A DNA stretch of 56,522 bases from Trichomonas gallinae. Its lineage: Eukaryota. This document shows, piece by piece, positions 32,690 through 44,062 of this stretch (position 1 is its first letter; every line of letters starts with the position of its first letter). The stretch is from assembly GCA_008369845.1 (NCBI GenBank), contig MRSU01002918.1, forward strand, positions 1 to 56,522, read 5' to 3'. The translations under genes were made by a program, and so were the position numbers. The notes below the pieces were generated by a model. It saw only the letters and a list, made by a program, of their open reading frames with translations. It was not told where the DNA came from and did no database searches.

Positions 32690-33190
32690 ATTTGCCGATC
32701 AAATATAGGAAAATGTTGTTATATATACTATAAGGGTTTCATATAGTAAATATGAATAATTACTTTTTGAACATTTATCAAAATTCCAATCGATTAATGC
32801 TCGACATCTGTTGATATCAAAAATTATTGAACCTAAACTATTATGTAACTATGGTATAATATCTTTCAAAAACAACTCTATTAAAATACAAATTTCGATA
32901 TCTACGTATAAAATTAAATATTTGCCGAGTATTTGTAGGCAAATATTGTTGTATGTGTTATAAGTGATTTATATAATGAATGTCAATCTATATTTTATGA
33001 TATTTATAAAACATCCAAATGATTAATGTTCAATACCTGCTGACCTATAAAATTATAGATTTTCTAAACTATTAAATAACTATGGTATCAATATCTTTCA
33101 AAAACAACTAATTAAAAATGCAAATTTCGATATCTACACTAAAAACACAGTATTGACCGAGCATTTATTGGCAAATATTGTTATAAAATC
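32690..33190. repeat. ~230-bp degenerate tandem duplication (~2.2 copies) upstream of RPL14
   Basis: AAACTATT...TAACTATGGTAT...ATATCTTTCAAAAACAACT...CAAATTTCGATATCTAC...GGCAAATATTGTT occurs at ~32836 and ~33066, with a partial third copy near 32690. Confidence 0.85.
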
Positions 33191-33245
33191 TATATCTATG
33201 CCATATATTTAAAACCAGAAAAATATGGTAATGAGCAACCGTCAA

Positions 33246-33264
33246 AACCGTTTGGTCGACCTTT
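33246..33264 (+). promoter_or_regulatory. M3 (Myb-type) plus M5 (CCTTT) core promoter elements
   Basis: AACCGTTT (33246-33253) and CCTTT (33260-33264) lie just upstream of the RPL14 ATG, matching the elements described for T. vaginalis ribosomal protein promoters. Confidence 0.75.
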
Positions 33265-33270
33265 TCCCGA

Positions 33271-33657
33271 ATGCCTTTCAAGCAGTTCGTTGAAATCGGC
33301 CGTGTCGCTCTTATTAACTACGGCGAACTCGTCGACAAGCTTTGCGTCATCGTCGACATCGTTGATGACAAGCGCGTTCTTATCGATGTCCTCGAATCCG
33401 ATGCTCCACGCCAGACCATCCCAATCCTCCGCATCAAGCTTACAGACTACGTCGCTAAAATCGAGCGTGCTGCTGCTCCACAAGCTGCTAAGGAAGCTGC
33501 TAAGGATGCCGTCAAGAAATTCTACGAATCCGCATGGGGCAAGCAGGTTGTTGCTCGCAAGAACAAGGCTCAGATGAATGACTTCCAGCGCTTCAAGTAC
33601 CAGCAGCTTAAGGCTCAGCGTGATGCCCTCGTTGCTAAGGAACTCAACAACCACTAA
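33271..33657 (+). CDS. RPL14: 60S ribosomal protein L14 (eL14)
   Basis: MPFKQFVEIGRVALINYG...KLCVIVDIVDDKRVLID...MNDFQRFK is the eL14 signature. Codon bias is strong. Confidence 0.97.
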   Translation: MPFKQFVEIGRVALINYGELVDKLCVIVDIVDDKRVLIDVLESDAPRQTIPILRIKLTDYVAKIERAAAPQAAKEAAKDAVKKFYESAWGKQVVARKNKAQMNDFQRFKYQQLKAQRDALVAKELNNH

Positions 33658-33723
33658 AATATTTTTTTTCTTACTAATATTTAGTTTATTGGAAATAGCT
33701 GTAAACATCTTGTGAGTTCATTA

Positions 33724-35124
33724 ATGATTGATAAGGATTATATCGATGGACCATCAGAATTAAATAGCGAAAAATCAAGGCAAAACCAGCTGGATTTGAT
33801 TGAGGACACTAATAAAATGGACGATGATCAACTAAAGATCGCTAGAATTAAGGAATTAATATATCAATTATATAATTCTTTAGATTCTGGCATATTTGAG
33901 TTATGTAATCTCATTTCATCACTACAAACCATCGATTACGAGTATTTTCAAAGCATAAATCTTCATGATTTTTTGATGAATTATATTTCAAACGCAACTA
34001 ATGATCAATTCTTTGAAGAAGTCTTGAAAATCTTCTATTTAACTACTACTCGAAAATATTTTTCAACAGAATCACAAGATCTCGATAATTTTATTGCAAA
34101 AACTTTAATTTACATACAAGAACATTTTGACAAAGCTAACTATCCTCTAATTGCTCTTGCAACAGTCGCAGCATCATCTGCTAACTTTATTTCTAGTTTT
34201 ATCGCATCAGGATTCTTTCAATTTCTTAATTCATTGACATCTGCTGGAAATTCGGAGCCAATTGTATCTATTTGCGCCTTTGTATTTAGGCACTGCATCA
34301 ATTTTGTTCATGAAGAAGATGCTCCATTACTTTTTAAAATTGCATTCAATATTTTGAGACTTAATCAATATTTACGGTCAACAATCAAAGTATTTAGCGG
34401 TATATGCAGTGCTATCGAAAGAAGAGATCTTCTTTTGCATATTTTGCAAAATAATATTTTAGAAATCATGAAAAACATGATTGCTGAAGGAAATCAATAC
34501 CTAACATATGGATGCCTTTCCATTATCGAAATTTTGTCCGTTTTTCAGTTCGGTGAAGATGAAGAACCAAATTTCCCTCATCCAATCCAGCAAATGATAT
34601 CAGAAGGCTATGTGTTGATTCTACTCAACCTACTGCGCATTGATGATGAGAAAATGAGCATAACATTAATTCAAGTTTTGAATAGATTTATTATTTTTGA
34701 CAATTCATGTCTCGAACAAGTTTTGAACGACGAGTTCCTCTCTATATTAGTTAGAATGTTAACAGAAGGCAGTTTTTCGAACCAGAAGGAAGCCACCTCG
34801 TTCTTTTGTGAGCTTTTCTGCACTTTGCATGACGCTAGGATATATAACATCGCTCTTGAAAACGGTGGAATAGAAAGAATCATTTCGTTCATCGAAATAA
34901 GAGATAAGAGATTGACGCGTGCAATTATTACAGCCATGGAGCACTGCATAAATGCTTTCCCTGACTGTGTGTTCAGTCTAATTGAGTGCGGTATTATCGA
35001 AGCACTTGAAGAACCAGCTGAAGACGATGAGTTTAAATATTCTGATGCGTGCAAAGCTCTTTTGAAGAAGATCAAGAGAACAGCAAAGCAAATTGTCAAG
35101 GAATCAAAGAATTCTGTTCATTAA
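33724..35124 (+). CDS. ARM/HEAT-repeat (importin-alpha-like) protein
   Basis: Helical repeats, e.g. LTEGSFSNQKEATSFFC and LIECGIIEALE. Inr TCATT lies immediately before the ATG at 33724. Confidence 0.75.
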   Translation: MIDKDYIDGPSELNSEKSRQNQLDLIEDTNKMDDDQLKIARIKELIYQLYNSLDSGIFELCNLISSLQTIDYEYFQSINLHDFLMNYISNATNDQFFEEVLKIFYLTTTRKYFSTESQDLDNFIAKTLIYIQEHFDKANYPLIALATVAASSANFISSFIASGFFQFLNSLTSAGNSEPIVSICAFVFRHCINFVHEEDAPLLFKIAFNILRLNQYLRSTIKVFSGICSAIERRDLLLHILQNNILEIMKNMIAEGNQYLTYGCLSIIEILSVFQFGEDEEPNFPHPIQQMISEGYVLILLNLLRIDDEKMSITLIQVLNRFIIFDNSCLEQVLNDEFLSILVRMLTEGSFSNQKEATSFFCELFCTLHDARIYNIALENGGIERIISFIEIRDKRLTRAIITAMEHCINAFPDCVFSLIECGIIEALEEPAEDDEFKYSDACKALLKKIKRTAKQIVKESKNSVH

Positions 35125-35371
35125 CAGTTGATTATTTTTCTAGTTTCTAGAATATTATTAATCATTACTTACTTTTTGCATTTAATGAGACACAGATTTG
35201 TTTTGCTTGTCAAATAAGGATGATTTATGTTTTTCACAACTGCATTCTAATATTATCTAGTTGCTGCATCTGCTGAGAAGCTGGTGAATGCGTGTTGATG
35301 TAATTCGTGGCTATATGTGTTTCGTGAAAGTTGTTGGATCTTCACAAATTTTTTCTATGAGGTTCTCAAAT

Positions 35372-36064
35372 ATGTCACATTTCATTCTTAAATCACGATT
35401 TTTTTGTTTTTTCTCTGTTGTTTAGATTTTAACAACATTCCACGAACATGTTGTTAATCTTGGCGGGTACCACTACACGATATACAACGACTCTCTATGG
35501 CTGAGAGTCTTCCACCACAACTCAACCAACAGCGTTTATTTCAAAGACAGGAGTGAAGCCAGGAAGAGTTTCCACCCAGATAAGTATTCCATATTATACA
35601 ATATCGATGACAAATACATGATCTCAAACAAAGAAGGATCTAAATATTACTCCTTTTTGCTTGAATGGCCAAATCTAAATGAATCGATTGCATGGCACCA
35701 AGAATCATCGATATTTGATAGTCTTCTTGTTGCTAAAGGATTAAACATAACTTATCAACGAGGAAACTTTAATTTTTTTGGTGGCTTACACGATGCACTA
35801 TCTGGTTCTTATTTACTTAATGGAGATAGTAGTGGTGAATGGTGGTATTATGCTATAGGAACTATATCTGAAGAATACAAACCGTTATTTCCTGGTCCAC
35901 GAAAGGACAGAAATGGTCATTTTACATCATATGCTGATCTGTGGATAGAAATAGGAAGTGCAGATAAACTAAGTCTCATTCTCCCAAAAATATGCACTTT
36001 TCGAGAAATTTGTTTTAACATCAACCAATTGATGCTTTATGTGATAATCATCATCGAAGATTAA
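35372..36064 (+). pseudogene. Fibrinogen-C-like secreted-family gene with an early in-frame TAG
   Basis: ATG 35372 MSHFILKSRFFCFFSVV, then TAG (35423-35425), then an open frame ILTTFHEHVV...WLRVFHHNS...KYSIL...FLLEWP...WWYYAIG...FPG to 36064. The family label is from motif recall. Confidence 0.55.
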
Positions 36065-36239
36065 GGCTAAAACTTAAAATGATATTTTGAAAATAAAATA
36101 ATATCATGAACATACTATACAACTATTGCCATGTAAATATATATCGCAAGAGTTAGGTAGTTTAAATGATAAAACTTTAATTGAGAAATGGTTATAATAT
36201 CTTATAAGCAAAAATATAAATAAATTGACTTAAATGAAA

Positions 36240-36322
36240 CCGACCATAGCTCAGTTGGAAGAGCATGGGACTGTAGAAATGTGGTAATCCCGGGGTCACT
36301 GGTTCGAATCCGGTTGGTCGGA
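36240..36322 (+). tRNA. tRNA-Tyr(GTA) with a 10-nt intron (36277-36286)
   Basis: Acceptor stem CCGACCA/TGGTCGG plus discriminator A. D arm GCTC/GAGC, anticodon arm TGGGA-CTGTAG[intron]A-TCCCG, T arm ACTGG-TTCGAAT-CCGGT. A T-run lies downstream. Confidence 0.96.
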
Positions 36323-36488
36323 AATTTTTCTTTTTTATTCAATATTTATAATTTTCTGTTTTAGTTGTTTTAAAAATAAAAATCACAGTCTACTCATGCC
36401 AAATTCATCATATTTACCACTTTAACGACTAGAAAATTATTTCACACTGAAAAAAATCTGAAAAAAGTGAACAAAAAAAATAAGCAAT

Positions 36489-37433
36489 TTATTCACCCTT
36501 TAACTTTCCTTCATCTTTCTTCTTATCAATATTCTTCTTCGCATCATCATTCTTTTGTTCATCCGCCTTCTTTCCTTCTAATTTCTTCTTATCATCTTCA
36601 TCGATAATAGGACGAACGGAAACACCGAGCGATGAGCGAATAAACTTCTCAGTTGCTGCCTGACCCATGTTTACGGCGTACAAATAAGACATTCCAGCCT
36701 TGATTTCATTTGGAAGAAGTTTTCCTTCGGATACATCGGAAATCCAGTCGTAGATGTTGAGCAATACCTTGGATTGGTTCCATAATGACAAGCAAAGTAA
36801 AGCAACATTCGTGAATAATCCAAAGAATAAGTAAATGTTAAGATCTGGGTTCTCATCCTTTGTCTTTTTGACAAGATCTAAGACGAGGATGGCAATATTA
36901 CCGAGCTTCTGGCACAAAATATCAGAATTTAAGAGGCACGGCGTAACATTGTAACGGCAGCAAATTGCAGACGCAAAAATCATTCTAGCATTACTAAGAG
37001 ATGCTGCGATGTAAGAAAGAGATGTGATTAAGTACTTAATGCTCTCTGGGATTTTAAGGAAATTAAATGCGCCGTATTTCTTTTCGAATGGGTCAAATAA
37101 ACCTTCGTGGATGTTGCAGTCTGGCTTCTTTAACAAGATTGCGATACCTGGCTTAAGATCCAAGAAGAGTCCGAAAAGTTCTTTTCCTAAAATGATAACT
37201 GCAAGGGCGGGGGATATCGCAAACCACTTAACACCAACTATCATCTGTGACACACAACTGTTGAGTGCCAATGCAGCGAAAAACAGTTGAATCCAACGAC
37301 CGATTTTTCCATTATCCGGTTTAGCGGCTGATTTAAGGATTTTTCGTGTTCCATATCTAAGCTCGGCAACTTCCTTCTGTTCCTCTGAGTAATTTTTCTG
37401 CCAATCTTCAAATGATTCTGCTTGATTCGTCAT
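36489..37433 (-). CDS. Hypothetical multi-pass membrane protein with a charged C-tail
   Basis: Several hydrophobic segments and a K/D/E-rich C-terminus ending KLKGE. TCATT and GTCACTTT lie upstream on the minus strand. Confidence 0.8.
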   Translation of the reverse strand: MTNQAESFEDWQKNYSEEQKEVAELRYGTRKILKSAAKPDNGKIGRWIQLFFAALALNSCVSQMIVGVKWFAISPALAVIILGKELFGLFLDLKPGIAILLKKPDCNIHEGLFDPFEKKYGAFNFLKIPESIKYLITSLSYIAASLSNARMIFASAICCRYNVTPCLLNSDILCQKLGNIAILVLDLVKKTKDENPDLNIYLFFGLFTNVALLCLSLWNQSKVLLNIYDWISDVSEGKLLPNEIKAGMSYLYAVNMGQAATEKFIRSSLGVSVRPIIDEDDKKKLEGKKADEQKNDDAKKNIDKKKDEGKLKGE

Positions 37434-38078
37434 CAATGAAGAATAAAAGTGACAAATTCATCGAAAGCAACAAAGAACTTAATAGAATACGATTCTTCCT
37501 TCAATAACATGCTAAATCGGTCCCAATAGAGCAATTCTATGTATTTATGCCCTTGAATTTTGATAAATTCATATTTTTGAAGATCAAATCAATGAAAATT
37601 AGTTAATTAGCATTCTAACTTATATAATAGGGCTACATTCCATTCGATTATATGTATCATATTAACGAAATTTGATAAAATCACATAGTTACTAATATTC
37701 ACGATCGAAATCCAAATATAGTTGTTATTTTAAAATTTGGAATCTAGTTAATCATATTTTATCTCTATTTGAGGCTATTTTAAGCATTCTTAAACAATAA
37801 TTTCAAATTTAAATCAAATTTTGCAAATAAACTTGAAATTTGTTGATTGATATTTTCGCATATTATTCTATCGAGATATATGATTAAATTGAATCATTAG
37901 CCTTTCTATGAATCGATAACATATTGAAAATCAGTTGAAACCATTTTTAAAGATTTAAAACCAATTAGATTACACATAGGTATGATATAAATATTATCAA
38001 TAACAACTTTAAAGTTTTTGTCACAATAAATTTAAAATTTTAATGTTTTTATTTATATACAACACATTTTAATATATA

Positions 38079-39071
38079 TTATTTTTGTCCTTCTGCCTGA
38101 GAGTTCAGATGCTGGCGAACTGTTTCTATAAATCTTTCATTTGGAATAAACATCAAAAGAATTCCGCAGAAATCAAGAATTGCGTAAGGAGGCAGTCTGC
38201 AAATTTTTCCTGTAGATATTTCAATGCCATTTACTCTGAAAGTTCTGTTTCCAATATTTTCGATATAAAAATTGCAGTCTTGGAGGAAAGATAGGATGGC
38301 CTGCTGTCTAGAAATATGAATACAAGTATGTGTGCGATCAATTGAAGAAAGATCAACGTCAACTTCTGATAAATTTGATGCTCTTCCAATTAATACCGCT
38401 TCTCTACGGATTGGATATGCCATAGTTAAGCCACGTAAAACAGCGAGCTCTTCGCCTTTAAATGCGCTCATTGATAAGAAACACATGTTATCTTCGAGTT
38501 TTTTGATTTCTTTGTTGACGTGTGGCTGCACATTAAATCTCTGACATCCCTCGTAGCGGCATTGAAGATTTGTAGAATGATCTCCAGTTTTGTCATCTGA
38601 ATCTTCGTAAGATTGCTCTAAAATCATTGATTTTATGATGGCTTCGTCTATTTCATTATGCTGTTCTTTGCTCATCGCGCTTATTTGGTTGATTCTTTCT
38701 TTAATTTGATCGAATGTTAAACATGGACGAAAATGATGGCCATATTTCTCAGCAAATTCTGTAAACTTGATGCTGTTTCTATTCCTGAGGAAAGTAAGAA
38801 TCCAGAAGTCTTCTTCTACAGTAAATGCTGGTTTGAACGGATATTTCTTGCATTTTTCTTTAAATTCTGGCGGATTGTTTAAGTATCCATTGAATACATC
38901 TACTAAATCCTTTCTTGTATATTTATCGAGAGTTGGAAAACAAACTTGCGCATTTTCGATGCTCATTTCCATAGAAGAGAGAATCAAATTGATAGACTCA
39001 TCCTCGCTGAGTTTAGGAGGAGCTAAAATGTCTTCAGTTGTGAAGCTAAAACGTTTATTTTCATCACTCAT
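38079..39071 (-). CDS. FHA-domain protein, MCRS1/microspherule-like
   Basis: LAVLRG...IGRAS...VDVDLS...ISRQQA...FYIENIG...VNG...LMFIPN closely follows the MCRS1-type FHA domain. Confidence 0.85.
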   Translation of the reverse strand: MSDENKRFSFTTEDILAPPKLSEDESINLILSSMEMSIENAQVCFPTLDKYTRKDLVDVFNGYLNNPPEFKEKCKKYPFKPAFTVEEDFWILTFLRNRNSIKFTEFAEKYGHHFRPCLTFDQIKERINQISAMSKEQHNEIDEAIIKSMILEQSYEDSDDKTGDHSTNLQCRYEGCQRFNVQPHVNKEIKKLEDNMCFLSMSAFKGEELAVLRGLTMAYPIRREAVLIGRASNLSEVDVDLSSIDRTHTCIHISRQQAILSFLQDCNFYIENIGNRTFRVNGIEISTGKICRLPPYAILDFCGILLMFIPNERFIETVRQHLNSQAEGQK

Positions 39072-39811
39072 TTTTTTGATTTTACATGACAGAATCTGAC
39101 ATGTAAAAGTATGTCACTTTTGACATTTAAACTTTGTATTTTATATTTAGCACTTTCGTAGCATTTTGCATTTATTTTCAATAAAATTTACATAAAATAA
39201 ATCAAAATGTAAAAAATATTGAATTTGATTCAATAATATTTAGTCCTAATGTAATAAGATTATTAACATGTACTTATGTTAATGATGTAAAAGCAACAAA
39301 ATTGTAATCATTCAGAAATTTTGATAAAAAATAAAACGAAACAAATTGGAAATTTTTCAAAAAAATTCGAAAAAAAGAGAATTTCTCAGGGGAATAATGG
39401 TGTGCGAATCAACAGGATTATAGATAAATAATAGCCAGATATGAATCAATAGAACTGAGTCTCCTAACATTCATAACTATTGCTAATTCATTTTAAATAT
39501 TCATAGAAAATTTGTTTTCTTCAATATGTTCATCATGTTTAAAAATATATCAACAATTGCAACAAATACATACTGATAATAACATCGAAAACATTTAATT
39601 CAATGATGAATAAAAAAATCTGACTTACAATTCGATATCCTGTTCATGATTCAAATAGTAAGCTATGTTTGATCGGTTTTGTGTTGATCCTTCTATGTTG
39701 AAATAAATATTTGAATATTTCAATTTTATCTCTTTCAAAAGCAGTTAAATGATATTGATGAAAGGTGATTTTTTGTTCGCAGATGTGGTTAATAAATTAA
39801 GCTCTGGTTTT

Positions 39812-40705
39812 TCATACGCTTTGTGTCTTTGGTGTAGCAGTTGGCGGAATAGATAATGTCGGCTTCATAATTGGTGGTAGATGACCCAAAGGTAAGACAC
39901 TGGTAAGGATACCTGTGGCTTCGTGTATGGATAGAGGTTCCAATGAAACCTGTTCTGTCTGATCTCTTAATTGAGGAGGTTTATTCTTTTCTGGGCTATC
40001 TAGATCACGATGCTCATCTGTGTGCTCCACAGTACCTATTCTTGGCCATGGAAATGGAGGTATTGTAACTGGATGGGTTGGACCTTCAGAGTTTTCAGAC
40101 CCAGACTTTGGTGGTGGGGCAATAGGACGAATTAATGGAAGTGCATGGCCTGGGCCAGCGTCAAAGTCTTGGCGACGGAAGTTTGTGAACTTAAAAATTT
40201 TTGGCAAAGAAATCCTTGGGAATAATGGAAGTGCATGTCCTGGACCTGCATGCGCAATTGGGAAATTTTTCCAAAATGTACGATTTGGGATAGGGCTCTT
40301 TGTTGGAGGCTGACGCCCTGGAGCTGAATGTTGAATTGAGAAATTCCACAAAGATGTACGAATTGGAGCTGGGAGCTGGGGAGTATATGGAAGTGCATGT
40401 TTCAGACCGAAAGGAATGGTTTTAAACGTTGATTGAGTTTTATAATTTTCTTGAAAATCTTCAGCGTCTTCCACTTCAGTATCGAAAAGAACAGGAATTT
40501 GGTCTTCTATTATATTTAAGACCTTGGAAGGACGAGAGCTAACGGGTTTTCCGTAAACTTTACCATAAGAGGGTCTAAGAAAATTAATTTTTGTAGATTC
40601 GTCAAGAAGTGAGCGGAGCTGAGAAATCTCAGCGCGCAGTGACTTAACTTCGCGAATAAGTTCTTCTTCAGTGACTGATAAACAAAAAGAAAACAACAAA
40701 AACAT
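39812..40705 (-). CDS. Secreted Pro-rich repeat protein of unknown function
   Basis: Signal peptide MFLLFSFCLS, a short coiled coil and repeated (AGPG)HALP units. An M3-like AACGGTTT lies ~30 nt upstream (40735-40742, minus strand). Confidence 0.8.
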   Translation of the reverse strand: MFLLFSFCLSVTEEELIREVKSLRAEISQLRSLLDESTKINFLRPSYGKVYGKPVSSRPSKVLNIIEDQIPVLFDTEVEDAEDFQENYKTQSTFKTIPFGLKHALPYTPQLPAPIRTSLWNFSIQHSAPGRQPPTKSPIPNRTFWKNFPIAHAGPGHALPLFPRISLPKIFKFTNFRRQDFDAGPGHALPLIRPIAPPPKSGSENSEGPTHPVTIPPFPWPRIGTVEHTDEHRDLDSPEKNKPPQLRDQTEQVSLEPLSIHEATGILTSVLPLGHLPPIMKPTLSIPPTATPKTQSV

Positions 40706-41152
40706 TTTTGACAAAAAAAATTCTTATATGTGTAAAACCGTTGATTTTAGTTCAACGTCATAACCTTATTAATCAACAACAGTTAAACTTATTGCAAACT
40801 TCGATATGAATTTGTGTTATTTTATATATATTATATATATTAAAGCTTTTTTGATTGTTTAAGCTTTTGCAATTTTATATATTCCATTGATTGTTATATG
40901 ATATGTTTAGGCGTTTGGAAAACTGGGATTGGATTATTAGCATTGTTTTTTGAATTTGCAAGATTTACTTCTAATTTACTAAAATATAGTAGCACAAAAG
41001 TATACAAAATAAATGCCTCAAGATAAAATATGTTATCGCTTAAATTATTATTTTCAATATTTTCAAAACTTAATAATATGAGTGTTAGCAGTTTAAAATA
41101 GTAAAAAGATTGTCATATAGATATTAAAACAAACAAAGTTTACAAACAAAAG

Positions 41153-41767
41153 TTAGTATTCGACATATGGAACAAAATCATTAGAATAGTCTGCTGCAAA
41201 GTCACTAGATCCACTATCAAAATAATTATCCATGGTAAATGGACTGCAATCGAAGTTCATTGTATGCGTTTCAGGGACTGTAAAAACTTCTTCATGATTG
41301 GATACTTTTTCTATTGGTGCAGCTATTTCTGGCTTAAAAATTGGCTGAGCTGGTGGGCAAGGAGATGAAACCTGTTGTGGAATGTAAACGTTTTTAATAT
41401 TTTGGGACATTGGTCTTTTAGAAAGAACAGAATACCATCTATTCTTAATGTTATTGTCGCATCTTCCATTGAAGAATCTTGTGAAATATGCCCAGTGCTT
41501 ACCACAATTCTGGATCAAAGCGCACAATAAATCATCTTCTTCCTTTGACCAAGGACCATTATTCACTGATGGTGACAAGTAAAGTGACCATCTCTCCTTG
41601 CATTGACGAGCAGTTCTTCCTGGAATATGAGATGAGATAACATCCCAACTTCTTATACCATAAATGGAAACTAAATGTGAGAGTAAGCAGTCTTCCTGGA
41701 CTGAGAAGGACCTTCTCTTCTTGTTGTCAACAAGCTTAAGCATTTCTGGTGTGATAATCTTAGACAT
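41153..41767 (-). CDS. R2R3 Myb transcription factor
   Basis: Two Myb repeats: FSVQED...W..I...GRTARQCKERW...LSP and GPWSKEED...GKHW...GRCDNNIKNRW. Confidence 0.95.
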   Translation of the reverse strand: MSKIITPEMLKLVDNKKRRSFSVQEDCLLSHLVSIYGIRSWDVISSHIPGRTARQCKERWSLYLSPSVNNGPWSKEEDDLLCALIQNCGKHWAYFTRFFNGRCDNNIKNRWYSVLSKRPMSQNIKNVYIPQQVSSPCPPAQPIFKPEIAAPIEKVSNHEEVFTVPETHTMNFDCSPFTMDNYFDSGSSDFAADYSNDFVPYVEY

Positions 41768-43450
41768 TCTTTATGAATAATGACTGCAGTGACTTGTTTT
41801 TTGTCCCAGTACAGAAATCGGTGGACGCTTTCAGAATCCATTTCTAATAAAATCCATGGGTTTCTGAGAATCATTCAAATTATTTTTATGGGACCATCTC
41901 AATTTATTTGATACATTTGAAAAGGCTCAAAACTTAAATATCTATTATATCAATATAGATAATCACATTTTTAATGTTTTATTTTTGAATAAACATAGAA
42001 ATTTCAATTGTTATTTTTATACATATCCTCTAAATTACATTGATTAATGCTTATATACTAATGTAGTATCTTTGCGAGAAAAATCTAGATAAAACACGTT
42101 AAAGTTGTTAAGTAGATAAACAAAACATAATTTTTAGATGATTCGACTCAGTTTATGATAATTATTATATCATAAACCAAATGTATAAAATTTTTGTAAA
42201 AAACAGTTAACAATTTTACTAATTTTGGACAATTTTCTGCGCTCTGTATAATTAAGATATATACATTACTCAACTGGGAAAATTCTGAACGACAATTCTA
42301 TGATTTTAGAAAAAGTTTCCAGGCGGATGCATTTTCTGAGGGATGGAATTAAGAATGCTGTACAACATGTTTACTGTTCCTAAAATACAAAATAAAGAGC
42401 TTTTTCGTAAAAAACGATTTATACTGTACATAAATTAAGGTAAAATAGGGTATTCTTGCATTCCTATGCTCTGTATGGCGAGTATTTACTGGATTTGTTA
42501 TCACCTTCTCGATTTTCGTGCAATTATTTTCAACCAAATTTTATTTTCGTAATTTTTGACTTTGTAATTAAAAATTGTACTGCCTGCATCTTATATATTG
42601 CAATGATGCCAAGTTGTTCGAATTTCAAAGGTGGAAGATTGAATTTAAGGGAAAAACGTCAACCAACAATTGTATGATCAAACATATGGATATTGCGTAT
42701 ATTTCTAATATCTGTGGTGCTCATCGATCATTTCAAACGTTGATTTTCGTAGCCATCGATTGGTGGTTTATGGGAAGAATAAAATTTCGGACAAGATTTA
42801 TTGATATATTCTTCTTAATTATGATGATTTTCATTCTGATTAAGCATTATCTCGAATTTTTCGATTTGAAATTCGGTTTTTAAATTTCGTTTTAGAGCAA
42901 TTTAATAGCGTGTATTATATTGGAATTTACATGGATAGTTTATTGCTTGATATATTATTCGATTATTCCTATCTGAACAATCTCTACGAAGATGATTATA
43001 ATATTGTAGCTAGATATGATCTATGCAAACTTAATGTATCAATTTGTATCATGTATTTTTTGCTATATACAAAGAGATATTGCTATAAATTACTTGGTTC
43101 AGGACTATGGAAGAAATTTTTTAATTTGATATGAAATAATGATGATTTGACTGTATTTATCGTCATATAATCAATAATAATTGATGTGTTATGAGTTTTG
43201 GCCCGACAAATCATTAATCATGAATATATTTCATAATATGACTCCTTCATTCTTCATTTTTCTTTGATTATCATGTCGGAAATGGCATTTGGAGATGGTT
43301 CACGAGCATCCACCAGCTGATTAATAGCCAATACTTGTTTTTTCCATAATTTAAGAAATTTGAGAGAATTGTTGTGCAACGGCAGACAATCAAAAAATAA
43401 CCTTAGTTTTAGTTCACTTCTTTTATCGCAAAGAGATCAAGATTTTACTA

Positions 43451-43770
43451 TGATAACCATTTATTTCATGAGGAATTTGTATGATTAATGCAATTATTTA
43501 GCCAAAATAGCCCAAAATAATTTTTTCATGAAATAAAAAATTCAAATTCATCATATATTAAGATGATAACCATTCATTTCATGAGGAATTTATGCAATTC
43601 AGACGGTTATTAAGTAAAAATTGCAATTTTTTTTCATGATAAAATTATTTAAGCATTATATCATACTACATTGATCATCATTTATTACATCATGGATTGA
43701 TCATGATTATTGCAGTTATTAAGCCAAAACAACTTAATTTTTTCTTGAAAAAATAATTTTAAATTTATGC
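43451..43770. repeat. ~110-bp degenerate tandem repeat, 3 copies
   Basis: TGATAACCATT(T/C)ATTTCATGAGGAATTT at ~43451 and ~43564, and a more diverged TGATCATCATTTATTACATCATGGATT at ~43672. All share a downstream TTATT(T/A)AG...AAAA...TTTTTC(A/T)TGA. Confidence 0.8.
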
Positions 43771-44062
43771 TAAATTATAGCTATTTTTGATATTAGTATC
43801 ACCAAATGAATTCAGATATTTAGATTAAATTGGCTTAATCAATTAATATTGTTATTTTTAATTTTAATCATCATTTATGGATGTTAACTCAGTTGAATTT
43901 GTTACTTATTGACATAGTTATTTCATATTTAAAAGCTTTGGTTCGCTGCATCAACAAAATAAAAATCAACATTTATTTTATCTAAAAGAGGTAATAATAT
44001 AAAAATTTCTATAAATATATGCATCAATTCTCATGAATATTGGTCAAATAACTATGAAATAA

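Noticed and set aside
33196..33708. 170-aa ORF antisense to RPL14
   Set aside because: Shadow ORF caused by the strong codon bias of RPL14. No independent homology or promoter signal.
42300..43400. Cluster of short ORFs with W/Y-rich fragments
   Set aside because: May be a heavily decayed gene, but no consistent frame or family could be established by eye.
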